A stretch of DNA of 64,000 nucleotides, from NCBI GenBank assembly GCA_009103225.1, contig RHPI01001737.1, forward strand, positions 310,001 through 374,000, given 5' to 3'. The position numbers and the translations under genes were made by a program. Shown here piece by piece: positions 1 through 10,562 of the stretch (position 1 is its first letter; every line of letters begins with the position of its first letter). Below the pieces are notes generated by a model that did no database searches, had not been told where the DNA came from, and worked only from the letters and a program-made list of their open reading frames with translations. The stretch comes from Chlorokybus atmophyticus. Lineage: Eukaryota > Plantae > Mesostigma and Chlorokybus algae.

Positions 1-743
1 CTGTAAAACTCACATCAAATGAGGACATGGGATGGCTAGGAGGGGGGGTGCGGGGGGAGTCACATGACGACCCGATAATAAAGCCACAATACCCACAAAA
101 CACACTTCATGCTTTTGTGGCCCATTAGTTCGTTACAGAGACTAACAACACACTTGCATGCATTTATCACAGAACAAGCTCATACTTCATTTCGGATGCA
201 AAATCTCTTCCAACAAAGTATATCGTTTCATGCCATATGAAGTAAATGAAGCTTTTTGATGTTAATGAAATGCAATTTAATATAATTTAAACAACATTGC
301 TTGTATTGACTATGCGTGACGCTATACGCATGAATAAACATGCAAGCTATAGATTAAAGACATGTACAAGAATGCGAAATATGTGAAGATATGAATAAAT
401 ATAATGGCATACATCAATTAGAGACACACATAGTCAGTGGTCGTCACACCTTGTGACGGTTACAGTTATGCAGCATCTATCCATCATGCACACATCTCAA
501 CTATGTGACACAATAATGTATTGCATTTTGCAATCGTGTAATAATGTGTATGCTGTGTTGTAACTCTCTTTGTTATTTCATTAAAATAAGCAACAAGAAT
601 ATTAGCTGTGTCATGATTGTTCACTTCGGCTTGCATACTTAACATGGCAAACATATTTGAAGAGTTGTAATGAGTATGCTACAACTGTAACGGGAAGGCA
701 CAGTTATTTACCACAAATTGACCATAAAAGTACCAATTCTTTT

Positions 744-799
744 GTGGTCGAGTGGGCTGTGACATTGGTCATCGGAGCTTGAGACCCGGGTTCGATTCC
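744..799 (+). promoter_or_regulatory. tRNA-type Pol III A box (744-755) and B box (789-799), unit 1 of the mini-element
   Basis: GTGGTCGAGTGG fits the A-box consensus and GGTTCGATTCC fits the B-box consensus, with tRNA-like spacing. Confidence 0.6.
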
Positions 800-1198
800 T
801 GCCTTGCACACGAATTCCGCGGTCGTTGTTTCTCGATCCAATAACATCGTAAATGGTCACTTTATGAGTGCCATCATCGATGGGTCTTGCCTAATGGCAG
901 TCGCGCCGAACTGACCAGTTCAGTCGGCGCGGCAGGGCGCGACCTGCCTATCGCGGCGACGCGACCTGTGGGGCCGGCAGCGGCGCGCTATGCGCGCGTT
1001 GACCGGTATGGGCCTAAATTAGCCGGTCCTTGGATGGTGGGGCCGGTGACCGACCCTAAATCAGACCCCTGGGAAGGAAATTCCCCAGCTGATGAGAGCG
1101 CCAGCTGCCGAGGACGTCAGCGTTCTTAAGTGGGGGGGAATGTAACGGGAAGGTACATTAAATTACCACAAATCGACCATAAAAGCACCAAGTCTTTT

Positions 1199-1253
1199 GT
1201 GGTCGAGTGGGCTGTGACATTGGTATCGGAGCTTGAGACCCGGGTTCGATTCC
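1199..1253 (+). promoter_or_regulatory. tRNA-type Pol III A box (1199-1210) and B box (1243-1253), unit 2 of the mini-element
   Basis: Same motifs as unit 1. The A box lies in the LTR and the B box lies just past the PBS. Confidence 0.6.
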
Positions 1254-1598
1254 TGCCTTGCACACGAATTCCGCGGTCGTTGTTTCTCGATCCAATAATC
1301 GTAAATGGTCACTTTATGAGTGCCATCATCGATGGGTCGCGACTTGCCTAATGGCAGTCGCGCCGAACTGACCAGTTCAGTCGGCGCGGCAGGGCGCGAC
1401 CTGCCTATCGCGGCGACGCGACCTGTGGGGCCGGCAGCGGCGCGCTATGCGCGCGTTGACCGGTATGGGCCTAAATTAGCCGGTCCTTGGATGGTGGGGC
1501 CGGTGACCGACCCTAAATCAGACCCCTGGGAAGGAAATTCCCCAGCTGATGAGAGCGCCAGCTGCCGAGGACGTCAGCGTTCTTAAGTGGCGGGGGAA

Positions 1599-1771
1599 TG
1601 TAACGGGAAGGCACATTGAATTACCACAAATCGACCATAAAAGCACCAAGTCTTTTGTGGTCGAGTGGGCTGTGACATTAATGTGACATTAATGTCACAG
1701 CCCACTCGACCACAAAAGACTTGGTGCTTTTATGGTCGATTTGTGGTAATTCAATGTGCCTTCCCGTTACA
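1599..1771. repeat. Perfect 84-bp inverted repeat with a 5-nt spacer (LTR3 and inverted LTR4)
   Basis: 1599-1682 is the exact reverse complement of 1688-1771; the spacer is GTGAC. Confidence 0.95.
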
Positions 1772-2411
1772 ACAACAATAGCGAAGTTTATGCATAGTTA
1801 TGGTTGCGGTCAATAACGAGCTATCTTTGTGTGCATGGCATTATGGTATTCTAATGCTATGATCACGACAGGTGTCACCACAATAATTGCACATACGGAG
1901 ATGTAATATGTTATGCCGCATTGTAACGATACCTCGTATAGTTAGTGTTATTAGCTATGAAACATATGTTTTTTAATATGTGGAATTGGGCTATTTTAAC
2001 ATCAACGCTTTAACCATTAGACCATGGCAATAAAAGTTGCTGCCATAGGAGGATTCATTTGTCTCAGATATACCCGATCCCATATATGTTACAGCTACCA
2101 TGTCGTGGTTGAACGCTCATGACCTCACGTGAACACTGTAACATGGGGTAGGGCAATCCCATGATATGCATAAACACATGTACATGTGCACTGAAGGGTG
2201 CTAACTTGCTGCAGTTTACTCAAGCTCGCACTCGATTAAGAAAGCGCCATGGTACAAATACATTTGTACATATATTACTTAAAATTGACATTTAAGTATT
2301 GAACAACTATGAAGGGTGTTAAGCATTTCACTCAAGCCCGCACCCACTTAAGACACGCTACATGTTTGTATAATAATTGATGATTAATTGATCAATTTAA
2401 GTGGTCTAAAC

Positions 2412-2455
2412 TGAAGTGGTCCAGGTCATTGTACGAGATGACCTGGACCACTTCA
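2412..2455. repeat. Isolated 18-bp perfect inverted repeat with an 8-nt loop
   Basis: TGAAGTGGTCCAGGTCAT (2412-2429) pairs with ATGACCTGGACCACTTCA (2438-2455). Confidence 0.9.
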
Positions 2456-4036
2456 ATTTAGCTTGTTTAAGATCAAAATAATAATAGTAATATTGCATAA
2501 AAGTGCAATCCTCATTGCTAACAAGTCAACAAAGCAATTTCACTAAAAGTTATACTCATTTGCTCTTTGACAATCCGATAATACCATACATTTGCATTTA
2601 TGAAATAACATGAAAGATTGATGAAAATCCTAATTACATTATGCAAATGTAACATCCCTTTGCGTTATGTAAATTCATACACAAATGTTGCATGGGCGAA
2701 CAATAAACAAACTTGACTTATGTGATAGTAACTGCAATTTGCCATATAAGAATCGTGGGTCTTATGTGGCAAGTCTTCGTTCAACAAACAGCATGTGTCA
2801 TGGTATTCACGAGTTCTCTTACTTGTGAACCATCGGCACAAAAAGTGTACTGCAAGTGACATACTCTATCGCAATTACACATGCATGCACATAGTAGAGA
2901 CGAGGGGTCAATAGATCAGCAGCAAGCTAACACAGCAAGCATAAATGCATGACGTATACCTTGTTCCCGCGCATTGCGTCCTGCTGACGTCATACCAAGC
3001 ACACACATGGCGATTTGCTGAGTGTGCTTTGCGTTCAGGTTGCGCATTGGGTTGGGTGTGGGCGGGCTGCAGCAAGCTCGCCCACACCCACCCCCTCGCC
3101 AACATATGGTGATATCTTTGCAATTGTCGCTAAGGCTCCGGCCAGCCCGTTGTTACATTGCTTGCTGTTGTTGTGGTGGTTTCGTTGTGTTGTGATTTCG
3201 TGCTTGACGTTGTGTGCACGTTGTGTGACTCTGAGTGCATGGGTGCATAGAATAAGTGCGAACATGTAGCTGCGGACACATTTTACATTGTTTTGTGATG
3301 TTATACACACTTACTCGCATACCATCTTTGGACATTAACATAAGCTGTTTATCAAGACTAGCGGTAGCCATAAACTTGCAACATGATTATCATCTTCCAT
3401 GCATACGCCTTATTTCTATGGCAACAATGCACACAGCCAACTTGTGTGTACTCTGTGCCACAATCTGGACTGGTTACAAAGCCAGCATCTGACAATGTAC
3501 AAACAATGCGAAACGGGAGTGCACATGCACAGTGGCATGCACAGTTAGCAGCATGCAAAGCGACATTGCGCATACCAATTACACTATTGTGAAGTTAACC
3601 ACCGGGTTCATTCCAACCTGACGTGACTGCTTGAGCATACATATACTTAGTGGCTAGAAGCAGGTTAGCATGTAGCCCAGTGGTGTTGTATGTGAGAATG
3701 TGTGGGTGGTGATGTACTGACCGCATATGTGGGTGATGAATGCGGTGTGCCTTGAATGCATGAAACCCGTTATGCATCTTTGTACACAAACAAGGCATTG
3801 CATATATGACAGTGTGACTGCTTGAGCATACACAAATTGCGCTGCATTTGCACTACTTATGATACTGTATGTCTTGCTCAACTTGAGTAATTTTGCCAGC
3901 AATGCGCAGACACAACCTCAGTAGGCGAATATATACACAGTCTGCAGCACCTGCAACGGCAGCATCAATCACTGCAACAGCCTCGCAAATAATGAACTAT
4001 GTGAATAAACACTGTTAGCTAACTTCCTGATAAAAA

Positions 4037-6147
4037 CTACAGGTGATCAATGACAGCTTTGGTGAACTCTGATGTAGTGGCCTTGCCGCCCAAGTCTCCT
4101 GTTCGGTGGTTGCCTTCAGCAATTGTGCTCAACACAGCGCTCTGAATTTGGTCAGCCTTGTCGTTCATGTCAATGTGCCTCAGCATCATAACAGAACTGA
4201 GCAACAGCGCTGTGGGATTGGCAAGATTCTGCACAGAAAAACTTGTTCATGCCCGTTGTATCTCAGCAGCAAGCTTTGACAGGCATGCACACGCAGGGTA
4301 CCTTGCCAGCTATGTCAGGTGCTGTTCCATGCACGGCCTCCATCAAGGCAACGCCATCCAACCCAATATTACCACTGGCAAACAACAACACGCATGAGCA
4401 CCATTCTGAGCCACCCACAAGACCTCCAGCACCCGCCAAACACACCATAACCGAGTACAAGAGTAACACCGCACAGGTACCTGGGTGTCAATCCAAGACC
4501 GCCAATTAGGCCGGCACAAAGGTCGCTGACAATATCGCCATAGAGGTTTGGCATGACAAGCACGTCATACGCAGCAGGGTTCTTAACCAGCTGCATGCAG
4601 CAGTTATCAACGATAACCTCCTCGTACTCAATGTCTGGAAACCTAAGTGCCACTTCACGACAACACTGCATCACCAGTGGATTGCCCATATCAGCAAGCA
4701 ACACGCCCGCCAGCACGCAAGAGCAACTAACCCACCTTGACAAAAAGACCATCAGCAAGCTTCATGATGTTGGCTTTATGCACTGCAGTAACCTTTTTCC
4801 TTCCCTGCGCTTGCGCATACGCAAAAGCATACTCTGCTACTCGCGAGCTGGCTTGCCGCGTGATGACTTTCAAACTCTCAACAACACCAGGAATCACCTT
4901 CGCAGCGGCACTGTTGGTCAGCACATGTTACAGCCCAATCAACCTTGCCCACGCATGCACATACACATAGCAATGCTATGTGCATGCGTGCCTGTGTGCA
5001 CGTGTAGGTACACACTTACACATAGCACTGGTATGCATATGCATGCCTGTGTGCATGCATGTATAGCTACACGCAGGCACGCATACACATGGCCAAGATA
5101 AGTTACTTCTCACCATATGCTCAAGGCCAGAATACTCCCCCTCTGTGTTCTCCCGAATGGTAACGACGTCAACATTATCGTAACGCGTCTTGAAGCCGGG
5201 GATCGAAAGGCAGGGCCTTACGTTGGCGAACAGGTTCAGCTCTTTGCGGATGGTCAGATTCAGCGAGCGGAAGCCCTTGCCAATGGGTGTCGTCATGGGC
5301 CCTTTCAGCCCAATCTTATTCCGCAACACCGAGTCCATGCTGGCCTTGGTCACAAAGCTGTGCACAAGGCGGCTCAGCTCGTGCATATTTTAGTTCTTTG
5401 TTGAGAGGCAACGGACATATTCATGATGCTGCCTGACTGCTCATGCTATGCACATTGGCTCAACAAGCAAAGAAAGCTAGTGACACTGGTGTGATACCGG
5501 TAGCCTGGACGCAATCAACTCGACATGTGGTACGTCATGGTTGTGTGAGGCGACAAAGAGTGTAGTCACCACGCATGTTGCTATCTCTTTATGCATGCAC
5601 GACAGGCGTGTCATGAACCAGCAAAGGGCAGGAGTAATCTCATGCACTGTTTTACGCACAGTGCTGGATATGCGATGATTCTGCGCAACTGCTAGCTGCA
5701 TGGGCAAGCAAGCTGGCACCTCCAGGCCTGTCCAATCGCTGCAGCCATGCATACGGCACACAAAGGGCGGCAGTATGCACTCCTGGCAATTGCATATGAC
5801 CTATGATATCTGGTAACCAATCACCACATAGTAACTTACCAACAGGTCAGGGCAATGCACGAGCCCAATTCAGCAATCAATGGCCAGCTGCTAACCCATT
5901 GCCTTTCACTGCTTACTGACCTATTGGTAAGTGGGTCAATAGTCTTGGAGATCTCGTACTCCTCCCATTGGACGGGGACGTCGGCAGCCTTGAACACCTG
6001 CTTGACCGCCTCCGCAATCTCCGGCCCAATGCCGTCGCCAGGGAAGAGGGTGGCCGTGCGCACCTCCGGCGAGGAGGACGATGCGGCTGCGGAGCTGTAC
6101 AGTCTCCTCCCTAGAAGCAATCCGGACCTCCTCACCACCCCAGCCAT
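4037..6147 (-). CDS. IDH5: Mitochondrial NAD-dependent isocitrate dehydrogenase, catalytic subunit (spliced)
   Basis: A presequence-like N-terminus is followed by [86 protein letters not shown] and ANPTALLLS across GT-AG exons. Stop at 4037-4039. Confidence 0.95.
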
Positions 6148-6260
6148 GACGCCGCCTTGCCTCACTCACCCACCGCCGCCACCGCCTCCACAGCAGCCCC
6201 AACAGTCACATGCACTCCGGCTAAGGCTTTTCCTCTGATTTGCCTGCCAAATTGGGCTTC

Positions 6261-6269
6261 AAACCCTAA
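6261..6269 (-). promoter_or_regulatory. Telo-box in the divergent IDH / CCCH-gene promoter
   Basis: AAACCCTAA at 6261-6269, a site II-like TGGGCT at ~6253-6258, and a second TAGGGTTTT at 6396-6404. Confidence 0.55.
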
Positions 6270-6987
6270 TGCACAATTGAACTCGATATCCATGCTTAGA
6301 ATCGATATCGGTATGAGTTACAAGAACATTACAGATATCTCTATAAAGTCGATATAGGCTGTGTCGCCGATAAACACGCAAAATTTCCCCCCTACTAGGG
6401 TTTTGGTGGTGTTGGCGGCGTTGGGGGAGGCGTTGGCTGCGGGGAGGCTGTGGACGGGAGGTGGCGGTGAAGGTGTCGTGGGCGTGATCGCTGCAAGGCA
6501 CAGATTTGGCCAAGCAGGTGGGCAGTAACTGAACGTGGTCTGCGATCTCAGTTTTATTTTCACGGTGCGGCGCCGTCCTTGAGTTGGGCGGGAAGTATTC
6601 AGCTGGTGGGAGGTTGTTTTGTTTGCAGTGGTCGAGCTTGGCATAGGCTGCCTGGGCTGGTGTTGGCTGCGGTTAACATTCCCTGTGAAACGATTCCCTC
6701 TAAACTTCAAGTCGGCAGATGCTCCAAGTTGTTCGCGGTATAGATAGCATGGCGCGCGGTGATTGATGGCGTCTGCCCTCTGCTGGTGGTAAGTTTGTGC
6801 GTCGTGCCTTCTTTTTTGGAGCTCCCTGTGTGTTACTGTGTCGTTCTCTTCCTGCATGCGTGATGATTTTCTGCTCAGCACCTGCTGTGCATAGCAGAGT
6901 AGTAGTCTGTGTTTGCGGGTCACCACTGACCGGGGCATCTGAGCTTAAGTCTTGATGCTTGCCTGCCCGTTACTGCAGCAAGTGCAC

Positions 6988-9900
6988 ATGGCGAGTTTTA
7001 TGCTTCAAGCTCTCAGGCCAGCCGATTTCACCAGTTCAGGGCAATTCACCCAGAGAAGGTGCGCGCGTTGCCGCTACAGTTGCAAAATTTGCTGTCGTCT
7101 GACAAGTTATGCTTGCAGCAAGAGGATAGCCTCCAAAGGCAGCAACATGGAATTTGACAACAACGCGGTGGTGAGTTTGAGCGATCCTGGTTAGCCCGGA
7201 GTGTTACTTGCAAACATATCTACCCTGTGTGGGAACTGGTTTTGTTGGTATAGTTTCTGCTGGAATACTACTGAGTCATCTGTCAGGCCAAAGTGCTCAA
7301 GGAGGTGTCGGATTCAGACATGTTTGCTGAGGCACCTACAGCTTCCACCACTTCAACTGCAAAAGCTCGAGCCGGGAGCTTATCCATAGGACGGTCTGTG
7401 AAGTCTCAGGTACCTGTGCAAGATTTGCAAGTATCTGGCCTTGTGTGAGGACTGCGTATGCTTGGCAAGCACGCTTACTATTTTGCGCAACAGCCGCACC
7501 GGGTACAAGTGTTGGATGTGGACCCGCATCTGACAGCGCGACGAGGGCTTCATGACGCGACGGCAGCAACCAGCCGCGCCAAGCCTGCAGCAACAGTAAC
7601 AACAGTTGGTGGTCGCCGCAGGCTTGAAACAACTTCCTTGTTGGGTGTTAAGCGTCCTGGGCCTGTCGAAGAAACCATCAGTACATCTCCTGATGCTGAA
7701 CAGCCGGTGAAGAAGAAGAAACGGAAATCAGTTTCATGGGCTCCTGATCATAAGCTTTGTGATGTAAGCATGTGCATGGGTTGTGAACGTTATTTGAGCT
7801 GGGGCTGGCGGTGTATATCTCCTGTCCTGTTGCAGCCATCACGTACACATTAGCTGTAATATGTGAATGCCCGGCAGACACTTTCACTTGCTCGGCTGGG
7901 CCATCCAAAGTCACAGCTTGCAGCCAGTGCCTTTCATGCAGCATGGTCTTCACTACTCTTGCTATCTACTCTTGCTATCTTGCTGTACACTATGTGACTC
8001 TGATGAGACGCTGCTTGTATGGCAGGTTTTGTTGTTCTACAAGGATGACTCGCGTCCTCCACAGCATCAGGCTGAAGCACCAACACATGAGGAACCCGTT
8101 GACGGACCTCCTGGCTTTGAAGCAGCTGCGCGGATGGAGCATGACCAGGAGAGGGCGTGGCATCAGAGGCATACTCAAGATCATGTCGTACAAGAACAGC
8201 TGCGTATGTCCCATCATCAGCAACAAGAGCGCAAGAGTGCTTTGGCGAAGCAGGTACTTGTGACTGTCATGTTGCATTGCTCCGTTGGCACTGTGTGCCC
8301 AAGTTGGCCTGCTGACAGAACTCCGTGCAGAGTGGTGGTCGGAGTCGCGAGGAAGAGCGTAGTGCGTATGAAGCGCTTCAGCCTCAGCTGAGTTGGCGAC
8401 AACCTGAACAGGTAGATGTTGAGGTTGTTTGGGACATGCGGGCCTGTGGCAGCAATTCACTTGGTCGAAAACTCTTTATGATATATATTATTCTTATTAC
8501 ATCGGCAAAATGGTGTGACAAGTATGCAAATATTCTGAATCCAATTATCAATCAACTTGTCAAATCGGTTTGGTTGGTACATTGTCGGTATACGTAGGTG
8601 TATTCAACAGTCATCACATGTATAACTGGTTGCATGCATCAGCCATGCAGCAATAGCATGCCAGCAGCGTGTCTGGACATCAGAACTGTGTTAGTCAGGT
8701 CATGTGTCGATGACATGATTATGTTGAATAAATGAAAGTGTTGACTGACAGTCCAGCGGCAACTGGCTTGCGAGGTAACTAGCAGCATGCTGTGTGCAGT
8801 GAAGACATACTTTACTGTTCAAATGCACACGGGGAACGGTGGTGATGTACTCGGGAGTATGTTCATTACAGTAGCAGTCATGTAAAGACAATTGATTATT
8901 GATTGCACTCATGCTGCACCTGGAATATCACAAAGCATGCAGGGTGGATAGTATCATCCTCACCTGCATCAAACATTTCATCTCACCAACTCCAACATTG
9001 TACAGTTACAATTGCTGGAGGAGTGGGGCGTAGCAGCTGGAGGTGACAGTGTAGAGCGTCAAAATCAGCAAGCTCGTGAGTCCAGCACCCCTGGTGTTGT
9101 ATATCACTCCTTGTCAGAGATGCCAACTTCACCAGTTGAAGCTGGTGATGAGCCTATGTACAGTGAGAGTTCAGTAACGCAGATACCACTGATATCTGTT
9201 GAGGATGATACACAAGTCAGTGCTCAGGCCCCTGGGCCTGAGCAAACCCAGTTGGTCAGTGCGTCTCCCTCCCCACATGAAGAGGAACCTGTACCACAGC
9301 CAAGCACAGCTCCGAAGGTAGAAACTCCCCAGCCGGTGGCTATTGCGGCCCAGGCTTCAAGCGCCCCCCCGCAGGTCAGCGCTTCCTCATCAGCAGCACA
9401 GGCGGGTCCGCCTTCATCGGCACCAACCGCTGCAGAAGTCAGTGGTTTGACAAATCTGTTGACTACTATCAGCCAGATGCAAGCGCCGCAAGGTCACCAT
9501 GACTTGGCGGCTCCTAATGCGTCTTCAGTTGCATCTGTGTTAGCAGCGCTCTGTTCTCAACTGCCCACACAGCAGCCACCTCAGGCCCCACCGCGCCAGG
9601 CTCAGTTGCAGGCGCAAACGCAGGGACAGGCGCACCGACAGCCTCAGCCACAGCCGCAGCTACATCAGCAACCGCCACATCAGATGCAACCACAGCACTC
9701 GCCCGTGCCACCGCCTTACCCTTCCACATATGTAAGGCCTCAGCAGCTGCCTGAACCCGCTCAGTTGTCATTACCTCAGCCCCATCCATTACCTCAGCGT
9801 CCTCCTGCACATGGTTCATCTGCACAGACATCAGCGCCGCCCAAGTTGATGACTGCAGCACAGCAAGTCGCAGCTGCTCTGTCTGGAAACTCGATAGCAA

Positions 9901-10562
9901 CCAACATAGATCCACAGCTGTTGATGCAGTTGCTCAGCAATCCAACGCTAATGGCGGACCTCACGAAGACCGGCGGTAGCAGCAGCGCTGCAAAGGTGCC
10001 TCTGGCTCCCAACCTTGCTGCTACCATGCCACCAGTGTTCCCTGCGAATCCCCCAAGCATGAACATGTTTCAGCCCCCAAGCAGCAACCCTCCACCGGGC
10101 CTCTCAGGCCCAGGTGGAGCGGGTGGTCGACCACCTCCTCCTCTGCCACCTGGCCCGCGCCCGCCCTCAGTGGAGTTCAGCAGGCCTTTTGGCCATCCGC
10201 AGATGCTACCATCACCTTTTCGGACGCCTCCAGGACCACCAGGACCAGGCTTTCGTCCAGGACCGGCTTTTCAGCACGCTGCAGGACCTCCTCTACCATT
10301 TGAGCAGCACATGCGTCCCCCGCATCTGCCATTCAGGCCTGGCGGGCCTCCACCACCTCCCCATGCACATTTGAGGCCAGAACAGCACCTGCCACCATTT
10401 GAATCGCCACCACCGCCCCTCGGAATGGGTGGAGGCAATCCTTTTCCAAACAGGCAGAAGCGTGACCCTGTTAGCAAAGTCATTTGCAAGTTCTTTAACA
10501 CACCAATGGGATGCAGAAATGGCGAGCATTGTCAGTTCTTGCATGAGCCTTGGGGTCCATAG
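6988..10562 (+). CDS. PP1-interacting CCCH zinc-finger protein, PNUTS-like / Arabidopsis C3H6-like (spliced; start codon uncertain)
   Basis: RVxF-type KRKSVSWAPDHKLCD-VLLF, PPGFE, LLEEWGVAAGGDSVE, a long Pro/Gln-rich region, and a terminal CKFFNTPMGCRNGEHCQFLH (C-x8-C-x5-C-x3-H). The motif order matches the plant C3H6 family as I recall it. Confidence 0.8.

Larger units (their letters stand above)
686..1771 (+). mobile_element. Tandem non-autonomous miniature LTR retrotransposon (TRIM-like): LTR-internal-LTR-internal-LTR followed by an inverted LTR
   Basis: 79-bp TG..CA repeats at 686-764, 1141-1219 and 1599-1677, plus an inverted copy at 1693-1771. PBS TGGTATCGGAGC at 1221-1232 (a copy with a 1-nt insertion at 766-778). 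PPT TAAGTGGGGGGGAA at 1127-1140 (a copy with a 1-nt insertion before 1599). Two nearly identical ~377-bp internal segments with no retroelement ORF. ACAAC flanks both ends (681-685, 1772-1776). Confidence 0.88.

Noticed and set aside
1185-1262. tRNA gene call
   Set aside because: A and B boxes are present, but there is no acceptor-stem pairing and the anticodon arm is replaced by the LTR end and PBS. It is a promoter-like relic, not a tRNA.
887-1586. Repeated 80-88 aa ORFs (MPNGSRAEL...)
   Set aside because: They lie in the GC-rich internal segment of the mini-element, have no recognisable motif, and indels between the units change their 5' ends.
686-1771. CRISPR-like array
   Set aside because: The sequences between repeats are near-identical rather than unique, the context is eukaryotic, and PBS/PPT signals explain the structure.
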